A stretch of 64,000 bases of DNA, taken from assembly GCA_965202805.1 (NCBI GenBank), contig OZ241869.1:2208001-2272000 (forward strand). The letters run 5' to 3'. Below, piece after piece: positions 27,903 to 37,923 of this stretch; the first letter of the stretch is position 1; every line of letters starts with the position of its first letter. The DNA comes from Longimicrobiales bacterium. Its GTDB lineage: Bacteria > Gemmatimonadota > Gemmatimonadetes > Longimicrobiales > Gaopeijiaceae. Made by a program: the position numbers and the translations under genes. Below the pieces are notes generated by a model, which was given only the letters and a program-made list of their open reading frames with translations, did no database searches and was not told the DNA's origin.

Positions 27903-29174
27903 GTGACCTCCATCCCCTGCGAAGAGCACAGCCTCGAGAACGGACTCCGGATCGTCCTCTCTCCCGATCCCTCCGTGCCCATCGTCGCCGTGAACCTCTG
28001 GTACGACGTGGGTTCCCGGAACGAAGGTCCGGGACAGACCGGCCTGGCCCATCTCTTCGAGCACATGATGTTCCAGGGCTCACGCCATGTCGCCGGCAAT
28101 CAGCACTTCGAGCTGTTGGAGCGTGTCGGCGGTTCGGCCAACGCATCCACCTGGTTCGATCGCACCAACTACTACGAGACCCTGCCCTCGCATCATCTGG
28201 AGCTGGCGCTCTGGCTCGAGGCGGATCGCATGGGATGGATGCTGCCCGCGCTCACCGGCGGGAAGCTGGAGAACCAGCGGGATGTGGTGAAGAACGAACG
28301 CCGGCAGCGCTATGACAACCAGCCCTACGGCGACTGGGACGAGCGCATGCTGGCCATGGTCTATCCGCCGGGGCACCCCTATCGCCATCCGGTCATCGGG
28401 TCGCTGGAGGACATCGACGGGTTCACGCTCGGCGATCTCGAGTCGTTCTTTCGCGCCTACTACGCCCCGGACAACGCTGTGCTGACGCTCTGCGGCGGCT
28501 TCGATGCCACCCGCGCGCTCGAGTGGATCGAGCGCTACTTCGGTGAGATTCCGCCCGGGCCCGGAACCCGGATGATCGCCGGAGATGCGGACGCGGAGCG
28601 CGACAACCCCACCGCTGCCAGACAGACGGTCGAGGCCGATGTGCCGCTTGCGCGGGTCTACGCGGCGATGCGCGTGCCCACCTTCGACGATCCCGCATTC
28701 CATGCCGCCGACGTCGCGGGCGACATTCTGGGAAGGGGGCGGGCATCGCGACTCCATCGGTCGCTGGTGCTGGAGCGCCGGGTCGCCAAGGATGTCGCGG
28801 CGCACGTTTTTCCGCTGATGACCGGGGCCGCGATGATGCTGGTTCGGGCCACCGGCAACGTGGGACTCGACCCCCGGGAGCTGGAGGCAGCCGTGGCCGA
28901 GGAGATCGACGGGCTGCGTGCGGTCTCGGAGGAGGAAGTCGCCAGGGCCGTGGTCATGGCCGAGACCGCCATTCTCGGGCAGCTCGAGGTCGTGGCCCAG
29001 CGGGCCGACCTGCTCTCCATGTTCGCGACCCACTTCGGGGATCCGGAGCGGATCTCCACGGAGATCGATCGCCTGCGCGCGGTTACGCCGGAGGCGGTGG
29101 AGGCCCTGGTGGAGGCGCGCCTTGGACCGCGGAACCGGGCGATCCTGACCTACGTGCCCCGGGCATCCGCGTGA
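27903..29174 (+). CDS. M16 family zinc peptidase, catalytic subunit
   Basis: VGSRNE, GLAHLFEHMMF (HxxEH), NASTWFDRTNY, LEADRM, ERRQR. Confidence 0.92.
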   Translation: MTSIPCEEHSLENGLRIVLSPDPSVPIVAVNLWYDVGSRNEGPGQTGLAHLFEHMMFQGSRHVAGNQHFELLERVGGSANASTWFDRTNYYETLPSHHLELALWLEADRMGWMLPALTGGKLENQRDVVKNERRQRYDNQPYGDWDERMLAMVYPPGHPYRHPVIGSLEDIDGFTLGDLESFFRAYYAPDNAVLTLCGGFDATRALEWIERYFGEIPPGPGTRMIAGDADAERDNPTAARQTVEADVPLARVYAAMRVPTFDDPAFHAADVAGDILGRGRASRLHRSLVLERRVAKDVAAHVFPLMTGAAMMLVRATGNVGLDPRELEAAVAEEIDGLRAVSEEEVARAVVMAETAILGQLEVVAQRADLLSMFATHFGDPERISTEIDRLRAVTPEAVEALVEARLGPRNRAILTYVPRASA

Positions 29175-30526
29175 GCCCCGCGGGCTTTCCCGACGCACCG
29201 CCGGGACCGGGACCGGTTGCGCCCTTCGCGATTCCGACGGTGCATGCCGCCGGCCTCGATTCCGGGCTCGAGCTGCGAATCGTGCGCCGGGACGGGGTGC
29301 CGCTGGTGACCGCCCTCCTGGTCATGGATGCGGGCGAGTCGACGGTAGCGGCCGAGCAGGCCGGGCTTGCGGTGCTGAGCGGCAAGGCACTCCACGGCGG
29401 AACCGCGCGCCGGTCGGCGCTGGAGCTGGCGTGCGCCCTCGAGGACATGGGCACGCACCTGGCGAGCTCGGTCGGGTGGGATTCCACGGTGGTCTCCCTC
29501 ACGTGCGCCACCGATCGGTTTCCGCGCGCGCTCCGGCTGCTGTCCGAAGTGGTCCTGACTCCCGGATTTCCGGGTGCCGAGGTGGAGCGCACCCGTGAGC
29601 AGCAACTGGGAGGAATCCGGCAACGCAGGATGTATCCCGGGCAGCTCGCCACTGCCGCCGCGGCGCACTTCTTCTTCCGGGAGGGCGCCACCTACGGGCG
29701 GCCGATGGCGGGAACGGAGGGGACGGTCACGGGCCTGGAGCGCACGCATGCGGCAGGCTTCGCGGCCAGCCGCTACCGGCCGCGCGGAGCGGCACTGGTG
29801 GTGGCCGGAGATGTCCCGGAAGCGGAAGTGGAGGGTCTGTCGGCCGAGTGTTTCGGCGGCTGGCGAGGGCAGGCAGAGCCCGTCGAAGCGACGGCCGGAG
29901 CCCGCTTCGGCGAGCGCCGCATCGTAATCGTCCATCGCCCGGGGGCGGTTCAGTCGGAGTTGCGCATCGGGCATGCCAGCGTGGCGCGCACGACGCCCGA
30001 CTACTTCCCGCTGATCGTGCTCAACGCCGTGCTCGGGGGCGCGTTCACCAGTCGCCTCAACCTGAACCTCAGGGAAGACAAGGGCTTCACCTACGGGGTG
30101 AGTTCGAGCTTCCTCCTCCGGCGCGCGGGCGGGATGTTCCGCATCGCCACGGCGGTGGCGACCGAAGACACCGAGGCGGCCGTCCGGGAGGTGCTGGCGG
30201 AGACGGAGGCGCTGGTTGCCGACGGGCCCACGCCGGCCGAAGTGCGCGGCGCGCGCGACTACCTGGCGGGGATCTTTCCGCTGCGCATGGAAACCACCGC
30301 GCAGGTCGCGTCCGGTATCGCGCGGGTGTTCGTGCACGGCCTTCCCGCCGACTACCACGGCCGCTACCGCGAGCGGGTGCAGGCGGTGAAGGTCGAGGAC
30401 GTGGCGCGCGCGGCCCGCCGCCGACTTCGACCGGATGCCCTCACCGTGGTGATAGCGGGCGACGCCGACCGGGTGGCGCCGGAACTCGAGCCCCTCGGTC
30501 CGGTCGAAGTCCACCACGAGTTCTGA
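29171..30526 (+). CDS. M16 family peptidase, non-catalytic partner subunit
   Basis: Lacks HxxEH; has LGGAFTSRLNLNLREDKGFTYG; GTGA overlap. Confidence 0.9.
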   Translation: MSPAGFPDAPPGPGPVAPFAIPTVHAAGLDSGLELRIVRRDGVPLVTALLVMDAGESTVAAEQAGLAVLSGKALHGGTARRSALELACALEDMGTHLASSVGWDSTVVSLTCATDRFPRALRLLSEVVLTPGFPGAEVERTREQQLGGIRQRRMYPGQLATAAAAHFFFREGATYGRPMAGTEGTVTGLERTHAAGFAASRYRPRGAALVVAGDVPEAEVEGLSAECFGGWRGQAEPVEATAGARFGERRIVIVHRPGAVQSELRIGHASVARTTPDYFPLIVLNAVLGGAFTSRLNLNLREDKGFTYGVSSSFLLRRAGGMFRIATAVATEDTEAAVREVLAETEALVADGPTPAEVRGARDYLAGIFPLRMETTAQVASGIARVFVHGLPADYHGRYRERVQAVKVEDVARAARRRLRPDALTVVIAGDADRVAPELEPLGPVEVHHEF

Positions 30527-30758
30527 CACGCGCGGGCACGCCACCGGCAACGCGGCGATGGCGACCCGTGGAGAGGCCGCCGGCACGGGTGGAGCACGAC
30601 CGGGGGCGCGCGCCGGGAGACCGCTTCGGGCAACCCCTCGCCGTCCGGGCGCACCCAAGTGTCTGCAAGGCGGCCGCCTCGTGCGGTCCCTCGCGTGATG
30701 GGGGCGGATTTGCTCGCGCCCCCGGCACGCGGGGCATGGTGACCTGACGGGAGAAGTC

Positions 30759-31499
30759 GTGTCGCGCGAACAGGATTTACACCCATACGAATCCGTCGGC
30801 CGGGCGGTGTATCCGGAAGGAGACGCTGTTCGCCATCCGGGACCGGACGCGGTGCCGGGACCGGACGGGACGGGTCGCCTGTCGAGCCGGGTAGTGCACG
30901 ACGGACGCGTGGTCCACCTGTCCGTCGACCGGGTGCGCTTTCCGGACGGATCCGAGGGCGACCTGGAGCTGATCCGGCACCCCGGGGCCGCCGCGGTGGT
31001 GCCCTTCGTGGATCCGCCGGAGTCACCCGATCCCGCGATTCTGCTGCTCCGGCAGTACCGCTACGCCTCGGGGGGATACCTGTACGAAGTGCCGGCGGGA
31101 TTGCCGCACGGGGCGAACGAGGCCTGGGCGGAGTGCGCGCGGCGGGAACTGGCGGAGGAAACCGGATTCACGGCAGCGCGGATCGACTATCTGACCCGAA
31201 TCTTCACGACACCCGGCTTCACCAACGAGGTAATCCACTTGTTCGTGGCGACCGGCCTCTCGGCTGGAGACGCCGACCGCGACCCGGACGAGTTCATCAC
31301 CGTGCAGGTGGTGCCGTTCTCCGGCGCCCTGGACATGGTGCGCACCGGCCGGATCGTGGACTGCAAGACGGTCGCCGCCCTGCTGTACACCGCCGCCTTC
31401 CGGCGAACTTCGACCGAGGACGGGACCGGCCACCGCGGGGACGATCGCCGTCCTCCCCCGGGGACGTGTCCGAGGCGGGAGGCCGAGGAGGGCGCGTGA
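30759..31499 (+). CDS. NUDIX hydrolase (ADP-ribose pyrophosphatase-like)
   Basis: HPGAAAV, RQYRY, EVPAG...ARRELAEETG, TPGFTNE. Confidence 0.88.
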   Translation: MSREQDLHPYESVGRAVYPEGDAVRHPGPDAVPGPDGTGRLSSRVVHDGRVVHLSVDRVRFPDGSEGDLELIRHPGAAAVVPFVDPPESPDPAILLLRQYRYASGGYLYEVPAGLPHGANEAWAECARRELAEETGFTAARIDYLTRIFTTPGFTNEVIHLFVATGLSAGDADRDPDEFITVQVVPFSGALDMVRTGRIVDCKTVAALLYTAAFRRTSTEDGTGHRGDDRRPPPGTCPRREAEEGA

Positions 31500-31575
31500 G
31501 TCGACTGGTACGAAACCTGCATGTAATTACGCCCCGTTCGGGGGCACGAAGAACAAAGTCTGGCAGCGGAGCCAC

Positions 31576-32217
31576 ATGAATACCGAAAAGAGTCTGGCAA
31601 GGAAGCCGGCGAGGCCGGCCCACGAGACCCGGGACGCCCTCAGGAAGCTGGATGACAGCGCCGTCGTGAAGCGGTTCCTGGACGGCGAGCAAAGAGCCTT
31701 CGGGATTCTGGTGGACCGCTACGACAATCGGCTGGTCAACTTCGTCTACCGGACCATCGGCGACCGGGAGCGGGCGCAGGACCTGGTGCAGGAGACCTTC
31801 ATCCGGGTTTACCGCCACCTGCACCGCTTCGATCCCACCAAGAAGTTCTCCACCTGGATCTACACCATCGCCAGCAACCTGGCGAAGAACGAGTTGCGCA
31901 ACCGCTCGCGAAACCCACTCGTCTTCTTCCAGACCATCAAGAAGAACTGGGAGGCGGATCATCGGCCGCTGGAGTGGGAGGACCACTCCTACCGGCCCGA
32001 CGACCTCTACCGCAAGAGGCACCTCCGCGCGGTCGTCGAAAAGGCGGTCAGCGAGTTGCCGGAGCATCACCGGGTCGTCTTCGTGCTGCGGGAACTCCAG
32101 GGCAAGACGTACGAGGAGATCGCGGACATCACCGCGGTCAACCTGGGTACGGTGAAGAGCCGACTGAACCGGGCGCGCAACAATTTCGCCCGCATCGTCG
32201 CACCCATGCTGGACTGA
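31576..32217 (+). CDS. ECF sigma-70 factor (RpoE/SigW-like)
   Basis: AQDLVQETF, FSTWIYTIASN, YEEIA, GTVKSRLNRAR. Confidence 0.93.
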   Translation: MNTEKSLARKPARPAHETRDALRKLDDSAVVKRFLDGEQRAFGILVDRYDNRLVNFVYRTIGDRERAQDLVQETFIRVYRHLHRFDPTKKFSTWIYTIASNLAKNELRNRSRNPLVFFQTIKKNWEADHRPLEWEDHSYRPDDLYRKRHLRAVVEKAVSELPEHHRVVFVLRELQGKTYEEIADITAVNLGTVKSRLNRARNNFARIVAPMLD

Positions 32218-32555
32218 ATCCACGCCGGACGCACCATCCCGTCCGCGCTCCCGAACATCTCTTCCGCGTGTCGCCGGCGCAGCGGGCTGGACGCCCGCGA
32301 CTTCCCCGCCGGCCATCGGATTCCGGCCCGGGCCCGGGTGGGAACCTCATCCTGCCCCTTCGGTAGCAGACCTTCCACCGTCCGCTCCCTGAGCGCCGTC
32401 CCTCGAGTTTGCGGGGGAACCCGAGCGTTGCACTGCAAGTAGAGAACTCGGCAGGCACCGACGGGCCCACGGGATCGAATCCGGGTTGTCGGACGAGGGT
32501 TGAGCCAGCACGGCTCGCAAGGAATAGTCGCCAAATCGCGAGTACACGAACGCAC

Positions 32556-33056
32556 ATGGATTGCAACGGCTTTCGGGAGCGCTTCTCCGAGTTTTATGAC
32601 GGTGAAACGGCCGATGCGGGCGTATTCGAGCAGCACCTGACGGAGTGCGCGAGCTGCCGGCGCTATACGGAAACCGTAACGCGCAGCCTGGCTCTTTTGC
32701 GCGCCATCCCCGGCGTGGCCGTTTGCGAAGATTTCCGTCCCCGACTTCAGCATCGCATCTACCACATCCAGGAGAAGCTTGCGCGCCGCCGTCGCGGCGC
32801 CCCGTTCACCCGCCTGGGCGTGGCGTTCGCCGCCACGATTCTGCTGGCGCTGGCCGTATGGGGACCGGAACTCGTCCAGGAGACTCCCCAGGTCGCGCTT
32901 CCCCCCATCGTCGTCTCCGAGCCTCCCTCGCCGCGCACGGCGGCTCCGTCCGCCACGGTACGCTATCGCAACATCCGCCTGCTCGACTCGAGCCTGGACG
33001 GCGACGACCTGTGGAGCCGCGCGCTGTACGAGTACTCACACCTCTCCCAGCGCTGA
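32556..33056 (+). CDS. Zinc-finger (zf-HC2) transmembrane anti-sigma factor
   Basis: MDC...HLTECASC (HxxxCxxC), one TM helix, downstream of the ECF sigma. Confidence 0.85.
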   Translation: MDCNGFRERFSEFYDGETADAGVFEQHLTECASCRRYTETVTRSLALLRAIPGVAVCEDFRPRLQHRIYHIQEKLARRRRGAPFTRLGVAFAATILLALAVWGPELVQETPQVALPPIVVSEPPSPRTAAPSATVRYRNIRLLDSSLDGDDLWSRALYEYSHLSQR

Positions 33057-33081
33057 CCAGGCACCCAAGTCCCGCCAGCCG

Positions 33082-34140
33082 ATGATCCCCGCCCCCTACC
33101 GGCGCGCGCTTGGCGGGCACGGAGGCGGGGTCTTCTACCTTCACGGCGAAGACGACTTCCGCAAGCGTGAGGCCGCGCGGGAGATCGCCGAAGCCCATCT
33201 CGACCCGGCGACGCGCGACTTCAACTTCGATGTCATGTCCGGCCCGGAGCTCGACGTGCGCGATCTGGCCTCGGTGCTGGCCACCCCGCCCATGATGGCC
33301 GAGTGGCGCGTGGTGCTGGTCCATGGCGCGGAGGCGCTGGCTCCGCTTGCCGCGGCGCGCAAGCTCGTGCTCGGCATCGCCGCAGCGCCCCCGGAGGGGC
33401 TGGCCCTGATTCTGACCGCTACGCGGCCCGCACGCTCCAGGGCGCGTTTCTACCGGGACATCGTGCGCGCCGCGCGCTCGCTCGAGTTCCGACCCGTGCG
33501 GGCAAACGACCTGCCCGGCTTCCTGATCTCGTGGAGCCGCGACCGGCATGGCGCGGAGATGAACGAAGACGCCGCGCGAGCACTGGCGGCGGCGGTCGGG
33601 TCGGACATGGGAGTACTGGCGCAGGAGGTCGCCAAGCTGGCCGCCATGGTCCCCGAGGGCCGCCCGATTACGGTGGAGACGGTGGAGGAGGGAGGGATCC
33701 GGGTACCCCGCCTCGACCCATGGCGCTGGTTCGACATGGTGGGGGAACGAGACTTCGCCGCGGCCACCGCCGCCCTCGGCGAACTCTTCCTGCGCGGCCA
33801 ATCAGGCGTCTTCCTGGTCATGGGCCTCACCACCCGCTTCCTGCGCATCGGGCTGGCGCTCGACCGCGGGCTGTCCGGGCTTGAAGCCGCGCTTCCGCCC
33901 CACCAGCGCTGGCTCGCCCGCCGCATCCAGGGGCAGAGCCGGGGCTGGAACCGCGAGAGCCTGGACGCGGCGCTGCTCGGCCTGCGCCGGGTGGACCGGC
34001 TGATGAAGGCCAGTGCCCTGCCCCACCATCATCTTCTGGAGGAATGGCTGCTCGCGCAGCGTGCCTCCGCGGGAGAGGGGGGGCGAGCGGGGCCTCTCCG
34101 CGCCGGTACCCGGAAGCGGCGAGGAGAGGCCGTCAGGTAG
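33082..34140 (+). CDS. holA: DNA polymerase III delta subunit
   Basis: FYLHGEDDF, DFNFD, TPPMMAEWRVV, QEVAKL, DRLMK. Confidence 0.88.
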   Translation: MIPAPYRRALGGHGGGVFYLHGEDDFRKREAAREIAEAHLDPATRDFNFDVMSGPELDVRDLASVLATPPMMAEWRVVLVHGAEALAPLAAARKLVLGIAAAPPEGLALILTATRPARSRARFYRDIVRAARSLEFRPVRANDLPGFLISWSRDRHGAEMNEDAARALAAAVGSDMGVLAQEVAKLAAMVPEGRPITVETVEEGGIRVPRLDPWRWFDMVGERDFAAATAALGELFLRGQSGVFLVMGLTTRFLRIGLALDRGLSGLEAALPPHQRWLARRIQGQSRGWNRESLDAALLGLRRVDRLMKASALPHHHLLEEWLLAQRASAGEGGRAGPLRAGTRKRRGEAVR

Positions 34141-34149
34141 GGGGCGCGA

Positions 34150-34590
34150 CTATCCGCGAACGCCCAGGCTCCAGATGAATGCCGCGAGCGAACTGACTTC
34201 CCTGTCGGACAGACCCAGCCCGCCGCGCGGGAGCATCAGGCCGGGATACTCCTTCGGTTCGAGAACCCCGGTCTCGATGACCCGGATGATGCCGGCGTAG
34301 GTACCGTCGGAGTTGAGCCACACGTCGTCGGCGAGGTTAGGCGCCAACTGTCCCCCCTTGCCGTTGGCCCCATGGCACGCGGAGCAGGTCGCCCGGGCGT
34401 TGAAGAGGATCCGCCCCTCCGAAATGGACTCCAGGGTGACGCCGTCCGGAGCCGTGCCATCGTTCAGGGTTGCGCTCAGGACATCCGGCATCGGAAGATC
34501 CGCGTTCGCGTCTCCGGTTCCGCCGCATGCCGTGGCCGCAGCGATTATCAATAGTGGCAAGACATTACTCGGCAATGACTTATATAACAT
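34150..34590 (-). CDS. Monoheme cytochrome c lipoprotein
   Basis: Lipobox-like ATAC; CSACH; APNL; distal Met (LMLPRGG). Confidence 0.85.
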   Translation of the reverse strand: MLYKSLPSNVLPLLIIAAATACGGTGDANADLPMPDVLSATLNDGTAPDGVTLESISEGRILFNARATCSACHGANGKGGQLAPNLADDVWLNSDGTYAGIIRVIETGVLEPKEYPGLMLPRGGLGLSDREVSSLAAFIWSLGVRG

Positions 34591-34842
34591 CAGAAATTCC
34601 TTTCGGGATTGAGTGTCGTCGGGTGTTGACGACACAGCGGATGATACACCCGGAAGCGGGCAAGGAGCCCGCCCGGAAGCGCTCGCATCCAGCCCGATCC
34701 CGCTCGCGACCTGGCTGCGGTTCACGCCGGCGCTCCCCTTCCGGGACGGTCTGCGAAACCACAACTTGGATCATGGCCCCGGGTGGGGGTCGCGCACATC
34801 AGGACGAGCTTTCGGGATGATCTCCGGCACCAGCGCCACGCC

Positions 34843-37449
34843 ATGACCCAGGACACGCCGCTCATGCGCCAGTGGCGGGCCGTGAAGGCGCGCCATCGCG
34901 ATGCCCTGGTGTTCATCCGGGTAGGCGATTTCTTCGAGCTCTTCAACGAGGACGCGCGCAAGGGTGCGCGCCTGCTCGGGCTTACCCTGACCGCACGCAA
35001 CAACGGGGCGGCGCGGCAGGTCCCGCTCGCGGGCGTGCCCGCCAAGGCGCTGGACGACTACCTGCGCAAGCTGGTGAAGCTGGGGTGCCGGGTGACCATC
35101 TGCGACCAGGTCGAGGATGCCCGGGCGGCCAAGGGGCTGGTGCGCCGCGAGGTGGTTGAGACCATCACTCCCGGCACGGTCGTCCACGACGAGCTGCTGG
35201 AGGCCCGGCGAAACAACTTCCTGGTCGCGCTCGCGCCCGCGGCGAAGGAGGCCGGCGGTCTGGCCGCCCTCGACCTGTCCACGGGCGAACTGGTGCTCGA
35301 GGTTGTCGGCGAGGAGGCTCTCGCCGCCCGCATGGGCGAGTTGGCGCCGGCCGAGCTGCTCCTGCCCGCTTCCCTGGAGGGACGAGCCCTGCCGGGCGCG
35401 GCGCCCGACACGCTGGTCACCCTCCGCGACGACTGGATCTTCGGAGAGGAGGCGGCGCGCGAGGAAGCGCGGCGCGCCTACGGAGTGCTCTCCCTGCAGG
35501 GATTCGGCATCGAGGCGGGTGATGCGCCCGCGGTGCGCGCCGCGGGCGCCCTGCTCGCCTACGTCGCGGAGATCCGCCCCGGCGGGCTGGCGCACCTGCA
35601 GCCTCCCGTCGTGCGCCGTCCCGGCTCGACCATGGTGGTCGACGAGATGACGCGCCGGAACCTGGAGTTGACCGAGCCTCTGCGCCCGGGCGACCAGGGC
35701 GCCACCCTCATCTCGGTGCTGGACGACACCGTCACGGCCATGGGCGCGCGCACGCTGCGGAGCTGGCTGCTGGCGCCGCTGGTGGAAGCAGACGCCATCT
35801 GGAAACGCCAGGAGGTGGTGGGGGAGTTCTTCGAGCGGTTCGAGGTGCGGCGTGACGTTCGCGAGGCGCTCTCCGAGGTCGCCGACCTTGAGCGCCTGGC
35901 GGGAAAGATCTCGCTGGGCCGGGTCATGCCGCGCGACCTGCTCGCGCTGGCGCGTTCCCTCGACCGGGTCCCCCCGGTGCGGCGCGCGCTGGCGGCCGCC
36001 GAGCTCCCCGGGCTGCGGGAGCGGGGCGCCCGGCTCGACGCCATGGAGGACGTGCGCGAGATGCTCGGGCGGGCCATAGCCCCGGACGCACCCGCGACCC
36101 TTCAGGAAGGCGGCGCGATCCGGGCCGGGTACGACGCGGGTCTCGACGCGCTCCGCCAGACCCGCGGCGATGCGCGGACGTCGATCGCGACGCTGCAGGC
36201 CCGGGAACGGGAGCGCACGGGCATCGCCTCGCTGAAAGTCGCCTACAACAAGGTGTTCGGGTACTACCTGGAGGTCACCCGGGTCAACCTGGACCGGGTC
36301 CCGGACGACTATGTGCGCAAGCAGACGCTGTCCAACGCGGAGCGCTTCTTCACCCCCGAGCTGAAGGAGTGGGAAGGCCGCATTCTGGACGCCGAGGACC
36401 GCATCGCGACGCTAGAGGCGGAGCTGTTCGCCGCAGTGCGGGGGGAGGTGGCCGAGCAGGTGGGGCGGCTACAGAAACTCGGGCGCGCGCTCGGGCGTCT
36501 GGATGCGCTGGCGGGGCTCGCGGAGGTGGCGGAGCGGAGCGGCTACGTCCGCCCGGAGATCCATTCCGGCTACGCTGTCGAGGTACGCGCCGGCCGGCAC
36601 CCGGTGGTGGAGGCGGTGATGCCCGCGGGCAGCTTCGTGCCCAACGACCTGGTGCTGGAGGAAGACGGTCGGGTTGTCGTGCTGACCGGCCCCAACATGG
36701 CGGGCAAGAGCACCATCCTGCGACAGGCGGGGCTCATCCAGCTGCTCGCCCAGATGGGGTCCTGCGTGCCGGCCGACCGGGCAAGGCTGCCGGTCTGCGA
36801 CCGGATCTTTACCCGGGTCGGAGCGAGCGACAACCTGGCCCGCGGACAATCGACCTTCATGGTCGAAATGCACGAATCGGCGGCGATCGTCCACGGCGCC
36901 ACCGCGGACAGCCTGGTGCTGCTGGACGAGATCGGGCGCGGCACCTCCACCTACGACGGGGTCTCCATCGCGTGGGCGGTCACCGAGCACCTGCACGAAG
37001 TGGTCGGCGCCAAGACCATCTTCGCGACCCACTACCACGAGCTCACCCAGCTGGGCGAACTGCTCCCGGCAGTGCGCAACCTGAACGTGGCGGTGCGCGA
37101 GTCAGGCGAGGACATCGTATTCCTGCGTCGCCTGGAGCAGGGAGGCGCCGACCGGTCCTACGGAATCCAGGTGGCGCGCCTGGCCGGGATGCCGCCCGCC
37201 ATCGTGGAGCGGGCAAAGGAACTTCTGGCGGAACTGGAGGGAAGACGTACACATGACGACGGAGGGTGTCTGGGCCGTCAGGGTGAACGTCGGCCTTCTT
37301 CGGCCGTGGAGCCCGGCCAGCTCTCTCTCTTCGCGGCCGAGGCCGAACTGTGCGCCCGCCTTCAGGAGATCGATCTCGACAACATGACCCCACTGGAATC
37401 CATGACACTGCTCGCGGAACTGCGCCGGGTTGCGCGCGGGGCACGTTAG
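34843..37449 (+). CDS. mutS: DNA mismatch repair protein MutS
   Basis: TPLMRQ, GDFFELF, TGPNMAGKST, STFMVEM, DEIGRGTST, SYGIQVA. Confidence 0.97.
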   Translation: MTQDTPLMRQWRAVKARHRDALVFIRVGDFFELFNEDARKGARLLGLTLTARNNGAARQVPLAGVPAKALDDYLRKLVKLGCRVTICDQVEDARAAKGLVRREVVETITPGTVVHDELLEARRNNFLVALAPAAKEAGGLAALDLSTGELVLEVVGEEALAARMGELAPAELLLPASLEGRALPGAAPDTLVTLRDDWIFGEEAAREEARRAYGVLSLQGFGIEAGDAPAVRAAGALLAYVAEIRPGGLAHLQPPVVRRPGSTMVVDEMTRRNLELTEPLRPGDQGATLISVLDDTVTAMGARTLRSWLLAPLVEADAIWKRQEVVGEFFERFEVRRDVREALSEVADLERLAGKISLGRVMPRDLLALARSLDRVPPVRRALAAAELPGLRERGARLDAMEDVREMLGRAIAPDAPATLQEGGAIRAGYDAGLDALRQTRGDARTSIATLQARERERTGIASLKVAYNKVFGYYLEVTRVNLDRVPDDYVRKQTLSNAERFFTPELKEWEGRILDAEDRIATLEAELFAAVRGEVAEQVGRLQKLGRALGRLDALAGLAEVAERSGYVRPEIHSGYAVEVRAGRHPVVEAVMPAGSFVPNDLVLEEDGRVVVLTGPNMAGKSTILRQAGLIQLLAQMGSCVPADRARLPVCDRIFTRVGASDNLARGQSTFMVEMHESAAIVHGATADSLVLLDEIGRGTSTYDGVSIAWAVTEHLHEVVGAKTIFATHYHELTQLGELLPAVRNLNVAVRESGEDIVFLRRLEQGGADRSYGIQVARLAGMPPAIVERAKELLAELEGRRTHDDGGCLGRQGERRPSSAVEPGQLSLFAAEAELCARLQEIDLDNMTPLESMTLLAELRRVARGAR

Positions 37450-37451
37450 TC

Positions 37452-37895
37452 ATGCCGGCGCCGCTCCGGCACAGACATCCCCCGACCGGGACCGGGGGCC
37501 TGGCAGCCCGCGGACCAACTCCCGCCGTCGTGGGAGCGGCGGTGCATCCGCGCTGGATCGCGTTGCTGTGCGTGCCCTTGCTCACGGCCTGCTCCAGCGA
37601 TGCCGAGGTGGAGGATCCCGCGCCCCTTGGCGAAGGCGTCCCCATCGAATACCCGCTGGAGATGTGGGATCGGGGCATAGAGGGCGAGACGGTGCTCCAG
37701 GTCCGCGTCAACGAGCTGGGTGAGGTGGATTCGGTCGCGGTGATCGAGACCAGCGGCCACGAGTCGCTCGATTCGGCCGCCGCCGAAGGCGCGCGCGCGA
37801 TGCTCTTCCATCCCGGGCGCAGAGGCGGGCGCGACGTGCCGGTGTGGGTGCGGATTCCGGTGCAGTTCTCCAGGCAGTCGAGCCCCGAACCCTGA
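37452..37895 (+). CDS. TonB C-terminal domain protein, possibly a lipoprotein (start may be GTG ~37542)
   Basis: YP...IEG...V...G.V...TSG...LD..A...F.PG TonB_C pattern; LLTAC. Confidence 0.8.
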   Translation: MPAPLRHRHPPTGTGGLAARGPTPAVVGAAVHPRWIALLCVPLLTACSSDAEVEDPAPLGEGVPIEYPLEMWDRGIEGETVLQVRVNELGEVDSVAVIETSGHESLDSAAAEGARAMLFHPGRRGGRDVPVWVRIPVQFSRQSSPEP

Positions 37896-37923
37896 TGGCC
37901 GCCCGCAGGGAAGGAGCGCGGCC

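Noticed and set aside
30527..30758. Possible ncRNA in the M16-NUDIX spacer (likewise 19216-19493)
   Set aside because: Only short GC hairpins expected by chance; no recognisable family motif.
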